A DNA stretch of 63,998 nt from IMG/VR virus record IMGVR_UViG_3300035182_000918, positions 1-63,998 of that record; one strand, written 5' to 3'. Shown one piece after another: positions 9,789 to 18,247 of this stretch (position 1 is the first letter of the stretch; every line of letters starts with the position of its first letter). The translations under genes were made by a program, and so were the position numbers. The DNA is from a virus. Lineage: Duplodnaviria > Caudoviricetes. The notes beneath the pieces were generated by a model. That model was not told the origin of the DNA. It did no database searches and saw only the letters and a list, made by a program, of their open reading frames with translations.

Positions 9789-10043
9789 GTGTTTTTGTGT
9801 TTGATTTCTTTTCTTAATTCATTTATTACTATCCAACTTACAGGGAACTTTTTAAGAGTTAAAAAATCTTTGTTATATTCCATTGTTTTATTCCAAATAT
9901 GCATAAATACCAGCCAGTTTACTTGTGTGTCTTTGTGTTTGTTTAGTATTTGTGAGATAATTCTCTCAACTGTTTTTGTGTAGCCCACAGCCTCAAAAAA
10001 GCTTTGCATTTCCTCAATGCTTTCAAATTGTTTTAGTTCCATA
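9785..10043 (-). CDS. Early protein of the MELKQF paralog family (start reassigned)
   Basis: GGAGGTG RBS before MELKQFESIEE; resembles 39575..39892 and 53045..53323. Confidence 0.65.
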
Positions 10044-10125
10044 AAACACCTCCAAAATAATTCTAAAGCTTGCAAACAAGCTCTTAATAAAACGGCGCGC
10101 GCAAGCGCCGTTTAATAAAAGCTTG

Positions 10126-11217
10126 CTATTGTCGTATGGGTGTCATTACTAATATAAAATTGTTTGCTCTCATTTCTAAAGGTTTTATAGGCTCTTTAAA
10201 ATAGAAAGTGATATCATTGATATTGTCGGGAAGTGTTTTTAAGAAATCTAAAGTGTATTTACCATTGATTGCTAAATCATAGCTTGTAATATCATTGTCA
10301 GTATTATTTTGATAATCAATATTAGCTTCTGCATTGTCATTTGATAATAACATTTGATTGTTTGTAAACTTTACATTAACGGCTATTGAATCCTTTGTTA
10401 ATAATCCGTTTAATGCGTTTATCATTTCTTGCTTGTTAAACATAATTGTGTTTATACCTTCATTACCTTCTAATAAAACGGCTTGATATTGTGGGAAATT
10501 ACCTTTTTGAAGTGGTGCTATTAATTTTAACTGTTTATTGTCAATAGAAAAAGATATATAATCACTATTTGCATTTAAATAAATATCACTTTTGCATTTA
10601 TTAAATAACTTTATAAATGCATTTATCGCTTTGTGATTTATTAGTTCATAAAAGTCTTTTAAGTAATTAGAATCCGTGCCGTTTAAATAGTACCAGTATA
10701 ATTTACTTCTATCGGTTCCCACTGCATTAAATACATTATCTTTGATTTCAATTAAAACATTAGAAAAAACATCCTGCTCATCTTTGTTTACAGCTTTTAC
10801 TACTTTTAATAACTGCAATAAATCATTAGCATTTATTACAGCCTTTAAATCTAAACTTACATTATTAGGAACTTCAAAGCCACTAACATCTTTAAACACT
10901 TGTTTAGTTGTTTTAATATTGCTTGAAGTGATTAAAGCCGTTTGATTGTCAATGTCAATTGTAAAGTTAGCATCCGACTTGAAATCAAAAAAGTCAGCAG
11001 GTGCTAAAAAAGTATTCTCATTAGTGTCATTTAAAGAGTTGTCAATTTTAACTAAACTTGTCAAGAAATATTCTTCATTGTAAGTATAAACTCTTAAATA
11101 ACCAGCACCTACTTTGCAGTAAAAATGTCTTGTTACTAAATATCTGTCTTTAGATAATCCGACCTTAAGCGCCTGCAAGTCTTTTAATGCTTGCTTTGAA
11201 AGTGTAAAACTTAACAT
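10126..11217 (-). CDS. DNA polymerase III beta-clamp-like protein (start reassigned to MLSFTL)
   Basis: ~360 aa; AVGTDRSKL, GNFPQYQAVL and AINGKYTLDFLK...IKPL...LVMTPIR resemble DnaN motifs; AGGAGG RBS. Confidence 0.8.
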   Translation of the reverse strand: MLSFTLSKQALKDLQALKVGLSKDRYLVTRHFYCKVGAGYLRVYTYNEEYFLTSLVKIDNSLNDTNENTFLAPADFFDFKSDANFTIDIDNQTALITSSNIKTTKQVFKDVSGFEVPNNVSLDLKAVINANDLLQLLKVVKAVNKDEQDVFSNVLIEIKDNVFNAVGTDRSKLYWYYLNGTDSNYLKDFYELINHKAINAFIKLFNKCKSDIYLNANSDYISFSIDNKQLKLIAPLQKGNFPQYQAVLLEGNEGINTIMFNKQEMINALNGLLTKDSIAVNVKFTNNQMLLSNDNAEANIDYQNNTDNDITSYDLAINGKYTLDFLKTLPDNINDITFYFKEPIKPLEMRANNFILVMTPIRQ

Positions 11218-11253
11218 AAGGAACCTCCTAAAAAAAATTTTTTTTCTTATTAA

Positions 11254-11283
11254 GTAATATACACATTTTTTATAATTTGTCAA
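11254..11283 (-). promoter_or_regulatory. Early cassette promoter
   Basis: TTGACAAATTATAAAAAATGTGTATATT. Confidence 0.75.
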
Positions 11284-11438
11284 GTGTTTTTTTGTTTTTG
11301 TTTTTTTTGTTTTTGTTTTTTTTCATTTTTGCAATCCTCATTTTTAAATTAGTTATAAAGCAATTACTTGCTTATATAACTTGGTGATGTATATTAGTAA
11401 ATAATATACATTACTAAATTATATAAATAAAACAAAAC

Positions 11439-11462
11439 AAAAAAAGGCGCCTTAAGGCGCCT
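11439..11462 (-). terminator. Intrinsic terminator
   Basis: AGGCGCC-TTAA-GGCGCC followed by a T tract on the minus strand. Confidence 0.7.
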
Positions 11463-11820
11463 ATACAAAAGCCTCGCTTGCATAATATGGTTGCATTATT
11501 GAACCTATGTTGTAATCAATCCATTCCCAGCTATCTTTATTATATCTTTTATTCATTGTATAAATGATAGCATTAGGATTTTTTTCAAAAATCTTGTCAA
11601 TAAACTCTCCATAAACATACCAGGAACCATAAGGAACATGTCGACCAGTATAAGATATTTTAGAGCCTATTTCATAACTGTTTTTAGTTGCAATCCTAAA
11701 TGACAAATAGCCTTTTTTACAAGAATTTTTAAATACAAGTTTTAAATTATTCTTATAACTTGTATTTAATTCATTTAAAATGCCTTGCAATTCCTCAATA
11801 GACAAGCCTTTTACATACAT
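11461..11820 (-). CDS. Early hypothetical protein; copy 1 only
   Basis: GAGAGGTG RBS; 119 aa. Confidence 0.7.
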   Translation of the reverse strand: MYVKGLSIEELQGILNELNTSYKNNLKLVFKNSCKKGYLSFRIATKNSYEIGSKISYTGRHVPYGSWYVYGEFIDKIFEKNPNAIIYTMNKRYNKDSWEWIDYNIGSIMQPYYASEAFV

Positions 11821-11854
11821 ACAACACCTCTCATAAAATAAATTTTTTTAAAGT

Positions 11855-12058
11855 TTAAATTATTGATAAAATTATTATAAATGGTAATTCTTTAAATTCT
11901 AATGTTTTACCATTATCCAAAATCACATTAAAACACCTATTGTTAAAATTAAACTTAATTTTATCAATTTTTACACCGTTTAAATAATTTTGATTTAACA
12001 TTGTAACAACTTCAAATTCATTACCATTTACATCTTTTAAAATGTTTTGATAGTCCAT
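11855..12058 (-). CDS. Small early protein (KDVNG paralog family)
   Basis: Paralogous to 12086, 53355 and 54527 ORFs. Confidence 0.7.
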   Translation of the reverse strand: MDYQNILKDVNGNEFEVVTMLNQNYLNGVKIDKIKFNFNNRCFNVILDNGKTLEFKELPFIIILSII

Positions 12059-12085
12059 AAAGCACCTCTCAAAAATAGATTTATT

Positions 12086-12310
12086 TCAATAATCTTTAAA
12101 TTGCAATACTTGACCAGTCTCTAATGTTACATCATAACAATCATTGTCACTATTAAACTCAACTTTATCAATTTTCACGCCGTCTAAATAATTCTCATAG
12201 AAATACTCAACCCTATCACTTGACCAGTTATAAAATGGACGACTAACCGTAATAATTGTAAAGATCACGCCGTTTACATCTTTTAAACTAATGTTGGGAT
12301 AATTCATCAT
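12086..12310 (-). CDS. Small early protein (KDVNG paralog family; start reassigned)
   Basis: GAGGTG RBS; LKDVNG...NYLDGVKIDK. Confidence 0.7.
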   Translation of the reverse strand: MMNYPNISLKDVNGVIFTIITVSRPFYNWSSDRVEYFYENYLDGVKIDKVEFNSDNDCYDVTLETGQVLQFKDY

Positions 12311-12355
12311 AAAACACCTCTTTAAATAAATTTGCAAGCTTTTTGCTTGCTAATA

Positions 12356-12385
12356 ATAATATACATATTTTTTATAAAAAGTCAA
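12356..12385 (-). promoter_or_regulatory. First early promoter of the leftward arm
   Basis: TTGACTTTTTATAAAAAATATGTATATTAT. Confidence 0.75.
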
Positions 12386-12530
12386 GTTTTTTATAAATTA
12401 TGTATAATTAAGATAAAACTGTTATTACAAGCAAAACAAGGTATAAAAAAAATAAAGTAAAAAATGATTGATTTTTTCTAAAAAACTTGAAAATACTAAA
12501 GAAGAATTTTACCAAAAAAAAGATAGTAAA

Positions 12531-12831
12531 TAAGTAACTAACTTGTGCGATAGTGGTCGAGGGTAATAAGCTAACTTGTTAACCTGCCAAACTTAACAAC
12601 TTAACATCTATGAAGTTAGTAATATATATAACTCAATCATATACAATAGGTAACAATCCCACTAACTTATTTAGTTATCACTTGATAACAAAAGTTAGCA
12701 AATGCTAACAATGTATTACAATGTCTTACAATGTTAGACAAGGCTAACAATCCTGTATAGCAATTGTATAGCAAGTGTATAGCTAACTATTTACTCAAGT
12801 GATTGATTAATTAGTGAGTAAGTAACTAACT
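12531..12831. repeat. Copy-specific short-repeat segment flanked by TAAGTAACTAACT direct repeats
   Basis: DR at 12531 and 12819; internal ACAATG and TGTATAGC repeats. Confidence 0.7.
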
Positions 12832-13019
12832 ATTTTGACTGGCTGCGATTTTAAGATTGGGCTGGCGCGTAGACTGTTACGCGCGAGCCCCTCATTGCTT
12901 TCCCCCGCAAACATAGGGTTGCAGTTACACTTGCATTCGCAAGTGGGCTTACAGCAACACTTACCTTACGCTGTCGCTTTGCTTTTGCTTTTTTGCTTTT
13001 GCAAAAAAAGAAAAGAAAA

Positions 13020-13381
13020 GAAAAAGAAAAACAAGAGAAAAGAAAGAAGCAAAGAAAAAAGAAATAAAAGAAAAAGAAAAGAAAAGAAAACCTATCCCCC
13101 TAAAGGGGGATAGATAATAAATATAAATATATATATCTTATCGCGCGCGCACGCACACGCGCGCGTAGCAAAAACTGTTCCAGCCCGTTGCGAAGCAAGG
13201 GCTGGGATTTCCACGCCTATCGGCGTGGGGTTTTCGCCCGCAAAGCGGGCATTACCACCCGCGCTAACGCGCGGTTATGTGCTCGCCTTTAGGGCGAGCA
13301 TAGACACCCAGCCCTAACGGGCTGGATTGATTGCTTCTTTTCCTCCCTTAAAATCCCCTTCTGGCAATGCGAAGCATTGCC
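13020..13381 (+). other. Hairpin-array element R
   Basis: Purine tract, CTATCCCCC-TAAA-GGGGGATAG, AT tract, (CG/CA)n, GTAGCAAAA, then seven GC-rich hairpins. Confidence 0.8.
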
Positions 13382-13551
13382 TTTGAAAAACAGGGCGTTA
13401 TATTTATTTTTATATAACACTATCTTTTCTGTTGTTATAACAGGACTATTTCGTTATTTCAAAAAATATAATATCAATATTAAAAATTGTCTTTTTTTTA
13501 TAAAGATATTTTTAGCAAGATATTATTGTGATAACAACAAATTTAGGTCTC

Positions 13552-13581
13552 TTGACACCACAACTACTTTCGTGCTATAAT
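13552..13581 (+). promoter_or_regulatory. Structural-arm promoter
   Basis: TTGACA-N18-TATAAT with extended TG; identical at 56143-56172. Confidence 0.8.
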
Positions 13582-13660
13582 ATATATAGGGGGAAAAGTA
13601 GGGTGAGTAAAATAATCCGCTTTTTAAGAGCGTTAATATAAATTAATCAGGGAGGCGTAA

Positions 13661-14059
13661 ATGTCGGCTATTAAGATTCTTGACCCAAAGGTTGTTAAAA
13701 CGATTGACAACATACTTGAGAGCAACTACAAAGTGTTTGAGGAAGAAAAAGAACGCAAGCAGGAAAGACAAAAAGCAATGCAGCAAACTGAAGAAATAAT
13801 TTTAAGAAAAATGCCTGTTACGAAAAGAATGAAGTATCTGAATATGCAAAAAGACAAAAAACTTCAAGAAGAGTTAAAAGGGCATTGGGCATCGGAAAAC
13901 GAAGTTATTCAGTATAGAGATAAAACTCCTAAAATGCCGATTGATATAAGCCTTGAAGATGTTGTTAATAAAATTCAGCCACAGAAAATCAAGGTTACTG
14001 GCGTAAACTACGATAAAAACGGCAACGAAATAATAACGCAAGGTGAGAGAACTCTATGA
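13661..14059 (+). CDS. Hypothetical protein preceding the portal
   Basis: GGGAGG RBS; conserved in copy 2. Confidence 0.75.
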   Translation: MSAIKILDPKVVKTIDNILESNYKVFEEEKERKQERQKAMQQTEEIILRKMPVTKRMKYLNMQKDKKLQEELKGHWASENEVIQYRDKTPKMPIDISLEDVVNKIQPQKIKVTGVNYDKNGNEIITQGERTL

Positions 14060-15732
14060 ACAAACAAGAGATGCTTGAAGCCATAGAAAGACTAAAAAGC
14101 AAATTATCCTACAACAAGGAGTATCTACGACAGAAATATAGCTACTACTACTTCGGAACACCTACAAATTTTCCCGCCAAAGTAAATAATATTTTCTCAA
14201 CCGTCAACCAGCTTGAGAGTTTAATCTTCAGTGCTGACCACTTAATACTTGAGCCAAGACTTGATGACAGCTTGGACGAAACAGAAAGCAAAGAGTTCGT
14301 TGAGAAAATTGTTAGTAAATTAGCCGATGTTATTAGTGAAGATTTTAGGAACACAAAATCAGACGACGAGTTAAGCAAAATTATTCTTGATTCTTTAATT
14401 ACTAAAAATGGCTTTGGTAAAATTATATATAACTCTGAAGGGTTTTGGGAGACACCAAAGGTAATCCGATTAAACCCCTACAATGTGGCTGTCGGTTATG
14501 ATAGCTTTAATATACGAGACTTATCTCAAATTATTATGCACCGAACTTATATGACAGCAAGAGAGTTTGAGGTTAGGTATCCTGATTCTTACAAAAAGCT
14601 GAAAACAAAACAGAGAAAAGAAATGGCTGAACAAACTTCAGAAGACATCAATCAAGATTTAGCAATTAAGCTTTTACCAGCCACTCCAACACAAACAGGT
14701 GGTCAAATCCCTTATCAGATTAAACCAGACCAGACTGGAGTAGTTAACAGACAGCCAGTATTTGATTTAGTTGAAATGGTTGAGTTATGGTATTACAACT
14801 TTGACGATGATAATATTGAACACAAAAATAAGTGGGTTGAGAATATTATTGTTGATGATTTAGTTTTGGAAACAAGATATCATATGGCCAATCCATTCTT
14901 CTCAATAATAACACTGGATTATGCGACAGATGAATATGGGTATTCCGTTATTAGCTTAATTGAAAGCATTCAAGACGCAATGGAAGATATATACGAAGAT
15001 GTTCAAAGTGCACGAAAAAGGCTAATTAACCCACCAGTCTTAATATCAGGATTTGGTATTAACCCTGAAGTAAAAGACGAAATAGAAAGAGCAATTAAAA
15101 CACCAGGCAGTGTAGAAACTGTTGATGCACAAGGCGTTAAAATTGACACATATGAGTCTAAAATACAACCACAGGTTGCAATGGAAGAAAAACAAACACT
15201 TGAACAAGATGCACAAAAAGTCTTAAGTATGACAAGCATAATGCAAGGTGTTCCTGCAAAGAATGTAAGGTCAGCAAGCTATGCACAAATCTTAAGTCAG
15301 TTTTCATCGGCACCTATTAAGAAGATTGCCGTTAAAATAGAAAAACAGGTTGAGGATATGTTTAACACTCTTGCTGAAATCTATATACAAGCCTCAACTA
15401 TAAAATACAAGATGTTACTAAAAAACGAAACACTTACATTCAATTTTTCTAATTTAAGTTTGATTAATTGGGGTAGGATTTGCGTATATGCACATTCAAC
15501 AAGCCCAATCATAGAAGAGCAAAATCAAATGCTATTAATGCAGTTAGCAGATATGGGTATAATACCAAAAGAGATTTTAGTAGAGGTTTTGGATTTACCG
15601 TTTAAAGATAGAATTTTGGCATATCTTAAAAAACAAGAAATGGAACAACAAGCAATGGCAATGTCACAGCAACATATGGAAGAGGCAAAGAAACTGGGAG
15701 ATATGAAAAAAGATGCTGAAAAGAAAAAGTAG
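14056..15732 (+). CDS. Portal protein (podovirus-like)
   Basis: 558 aa, helical; GFGKI...IRLNPYN, YGYSVISLIESIQD, Gln-rich tail; first large gene of the head module. Call is by pattern and synteny. Confidence 0.75.
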   Translation: MNKQEMLEAIERLKSKLSYNKEYLRQKYSYYYFGTPTNFPAKVNNIFSTVNQLESLIFSADHLILEPRLDDSLDETESKEFVEKIVSKLADVISEDFRNTKSDDELSKIILDSLITKNGFGKIIYNSEGFWETPKVIRLNPYNVAVGYDSFNIRDLSQIIMHRTYMTAREFEVRYPDSYKKLKTKQRKEMAEQTSEDINQDLAIKLLPATPTQTGGQIPYQIKPDQTGVVNRQPVFDLVEMVELWYYNFDDDNIEHKNKWVENIIVDDLVLETRYHMANPFFSIITLDYATDEYGYSVISLIESIQDAMEDIYEDVQSARKRLINPPVLISGFGINPEVKDEIERAIKTPGSVETVDAQGVKIDTYESKIQPQVAMEEKQTLEQDAQKVLSMTSIMQGVPAKNVRSASYAQILSQFSSAPIKKIAVKIEKQVEDMFNTLAEIYIQASTIKYKMLLKNETLTFNFSNLSLINWGRICVYAHSTSPIIEEQNQMLLMQLADMGIIPKEILVEVLDLPFKDRILAYLKKQEMEQQAMAMSQQHMEEAKKLGDMKKDAEKKK

Positions 15733-15797
15733 TTCTTTATTTCCTTACAAAGGTGGGCAACTCTCGTGTAAGGAAAAATTCAGTGAGGAGGTGCCAA

Positions 15798-15839
15798 ATG
15801 TTGGTAGCCGAGAAAAGGGGTCGCAAGGTAAAAAGATAG
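15798..15839 (+). CDS. 13-aa basic micropeptide MLVAEKRGRKVKR
   Basis: AGGAGGT RBS with canonical spacing; identical at 58388..58429. Confidence 0.5.
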   Translation: MLVAEKRGRKVKR

Positions 15840-15874
15840 TCTGTAAAACAGCTATCTCGGGTGTGCTACTCAAA

Positions 15875-15900
15875 GGGGCTACTTCGGTAGTCCCCGCTTT
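15875..15900 (+). terminator. UUCG hairpin or weak terminator
   Basis: GGGGCTAC-TTCG-GTAGTCCC followed by CGCTTT. Confidence 0.5.
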
Positions 15901-15923
15901 AGACTAATTATGGAGGTTTTTAG

Positions 15924-17180
15924 ATGATTGGAAAAGAATATACACTACAAAACATAGATAACAATTCAAATGGAATAACCTATAAAGGCTATACTGCAAC
16001 AAGTGGCGAATGGTGTATTATAGCTGATGACGGAACAAACCAAAGGGCTGCTTATGGTCCAAAAGGCTATTCATCTGCTTGGGCAAACCGAGTGGGGTTT
16101 ATGTATGCACAGGAAGCCCCAAAAAACTTGTATATTAGCACAACTGGTGCAAGTGCTAATTCAATAGCTATGTATGACACTAATATACAAAAGTTAGTTC
16201 CTGCTACAGCTTATATCAATTTTGATACTACCAGCACCAAGATTGGTTATTTAACTCTCCAAAACAATACCACAGGTAATTACAATACTGCTATTGGTGC
16301 TATAGTTCTCCTAAACAATACCACAGGTAGTGGCAATACTGCTATTGGTTCTTTAGCTATAGAATACAATACTACAGGTCACGACAATACTGCTATTGGT
16401 GTTACCGCTCTCCAAAACAATACTACAGGTTACGACAATACTGTTATTGGCGTTGCAGCTCTCCAAAACAATACTACAAGTGGTTACAATACTGCTATTG
16501 GTGTTTCAACTCTCCTTGATTTAGGTTCACCACAAACAGCAGGAAGTTTTAATATTGGAACAAGTTACACTATACAATCAATAGGAACCACTGATTTTAC
16601 CCTCATTGGAGCATCTTCCAATACGGTAGGAGTAACATTTACAGCAACTGGAGTGGGTTCAGGAACAGGAACGGCTACTCCTAATAGTATAAACAACAAT
16701 ACTGCAATTGGATATAATGCAGGTAGAGGGATTATTTACGGCACAGGAAACACTATTGTTGGTGCTAATGTAACTGGATTGTCTGCAGGATTGACAAACA
16801 ATATTATCTTAGGAAATGGAACTGGAACAATAAAAGCACAACACGATGGCACCAATTGGACTTTAACAGGAAACGTCAATACAACTGGTGCATTAAATTG
16901 TAATTTAATTACAACCCTTACAGGCACAACCGCAGGAAGCGTCAAGTGGTCGCAGTATATGCAGGGTCAATTCAAGGCTTTTGCAGCACAGTTTTTGAGT
17001 TATGAAAACAATACAACTACATCACAGACTATTACATTCCCAACGTCCTTTGTAAATACACCAGTAGTAGTGACAAATACTACAGGATTAACAATTACAG
17101 TAACTACAACAACTCTAACAATAGGTGCACCCAACAATACTACAACCTACAGTGGTATTGTAAAGGTAGAGGGATTTTAA
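15924..17180 (+). CDS. Fibre/receptor-binding protein with beta-roll repeats
   Basis: 14-aa NNTTG..NTAIG..AL repeats; Thr/Gly rich. Confidence 0.7.
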   Translation: MIGKEYTLQNIDNNSNGITYKGYTATSGEWCIIADDGTNQRAAYGPKGYSSAWANRVGFMYAQEAPKNLYISTTGASANSIAMYDTNIQKLVPATAYINFDTTSTKIGYLTLQNNTTGNYNTAIGAIVLLNNTTGSGNTAIGSLAIEYNTTGHDNTAIGVTALQNNTTGYDNTVIGVAALQNNTTSGYNTAIGVSTLLDLGSPQTAGSFNIGTSYTIQSIGTTDFTLIGASSNTVGVTFTATGVGSGTGTATPNSINNNTAIGYNAGRGIIYGTGNTIVGANVTGLSAGLTNNIILGNGTGTIKAQHDGTNWTLTGNVNTTGALNCNLITTLTGTTAGSVKWSQYMQGQFKAFAAQFLSYENNTTTSQTITFPTSFVNTPVVVTNTTGLTITVTTTTLTIGAPNNTTTYSGIVKVEGF

Positions 17181-17195
17181 TTTTTAGGAGGTCTT

Positions 17196-17510
17196 ATGTC
17201 AGCAACAATCACAGTAACGAAATTAATTCAATATCCACCAGTAAACCCAGATAAGTGGATAGTTGGTTTTACTACAGATGTAGGAAATGGTAATCAATTT
17301 TATCTTGAAACAAGCGTTGGTTTGGCTTCAGCAAAAACAAGTCAAGAAGTGGTGGATATTGCGCTAAATCAATTAGCAGACACTATTAACAACCAAATTG
17401 CAAGTATGCAAACAGCACCGCCGTTGATTGGGAGCACGGTTAAATTACCAACAACATCAACAACTACTGAAACCACAACTGCTACAACAAGTAGCACACC
17501 AACAGCATAG
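17196..17510 (+). CDS. Virion-associated or fibre-accessory hypothetical protein
   Basis: AGGAGG RBS; Thr-rich tail; conserved in copy 2. Confidence 0.65.
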   Translation: MSATITVTKLIQYPPVNPDKWIVGFTTDVGNGNQFYLETSVGLASAKTSQEVVDIALNQLADTINNQIASMQTAPPLIGSTVKLPTTSTTTETTTATTSSTPTA

Positions 17511-17518
17511 GAGGGAAA

Positions 17519-18028
17519 ATGGCAGGTTTACAGGATATTCTAAAAAGTGGTGGAGGTGCTGGAATGCCACCACAGGGCGGTCAACCACCAATGGGTGGAC
17601 CAGATATGGGTGGAGCACCACAATCTCCATTAGCAGGCAATCCACTTGCAGCTGCAGGAGCAATAGGAACAGGTGGGCTTCAGAAATTAGCTTCAGCAAT
17701 AGTAGCCGCTATTATTAGGGTTTTGGATTTTATACTACCAATTTTTGGAACAAATAGCAAAGAGGGTAACAAGATATTATCGGCTATTCGTGGGCTTCAA
17801 GAGGTAGCTGGAGATGCAAAAGCAACTGATGTAATGGCAGCTATTCAAACACTGGTATCAAGTCTACCAGCCAATATGCAAGGGGCAAATCCATTATCGG
17901 GTATAACAGGTATATTACAAGGTGGTGGACAAGGACAACCGCAAGGCGGACAAATGGGTGGAGCACCAGGTATGCCACCACAAGGTGGCGACATACAATC
18001 TTTAATGCAATCACAAGGAGGAATGTAA
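17519..18028 (+). CDS. Gly/Pro/Gln-rich head-module protein
   Basis: Low-complexity ends around a helical core; conserved in copy 2. Confidence 0.7.
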   Translation: MAGLQDILKSGGGAGMPPQGGQPPMGGPDMGGAPQSPLAGNPLAAAGAIGTGGLQKLASAIVAAIIRVLDFILPIFGTNSKEGNKILSAIRGLQEVAGDAKATDVMAAIQTLVSSLPANMQGANPLSGITGILQGGGQGQPQGGQMGGAPGMPPQGGDIQSLMQSQGGM

Positions 18029-18029
18029 A

Positions 18030-18212
18030 ATGGCAAATGAAAAAGGCAACGAGCTGGCTTCGTTTAGCAAAGTCAAAGTTAATCCAGAAAGACCGTATTC
18101 ATCTCACAACCCGCAATACAAAGACCCAAGTAGGGTAAGAGACGTAGATGAGTATGGCTGGAAACCAAACAAAAATGCTAAACCCTACTGGGGTGAAAAG
18201 AAAGACGAGTAG
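18030..18212 (+). CDS. Small hypothetical protein
   Basis: AGGAGG RBS; conserved in copy 2. Confidence 0.65.
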   Translation: MANEKGNELASFSKVKVNPERPYSSHNPQYKDPSRVRDVDEYGWKPNKNAKPYWGEKKDE

Positions 18213-18236
18213 GCATTTTGCCTACTCTGTTCTTTT
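18207..18236 (+). terminator. Terminator-like hairpin
   Basis: GAGTAGGC-ATTTT-GCCTACTC followed by TGTTCTTTT. Confidence 0.5.
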
Positions 18237-18247
18237 AGAGGTGCAAT

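Noticed and set aside
12835-13113. 92-aa ORF (and 55513..55698) with Lys/Arg-rich tail
   Set aside because: It is a translation of the purine tract of the hairpin element; start and length are not conserved between copies.
13377-13580. 67-aa ORF conserved in both copies
   Set aside because: TTG start inside a hairpin, no RBS, and it overlaps the late promoter; conservation is explained by overall copy similarity. Not strictly excluded.
15713-15907. 64-aa ORF after the portal
   Set aside because: It is frameshifted in the other copy (58303..58551); the RBS supports the 13-codon ORF instead.
16257-16505. 42-bp periodic repeats suggesting a CRISPR array or DGR template
   Set aside because: They are in-frame 14-aa fibre repeats with no unique spacers; there is no cas operon or reverse transcriptase.
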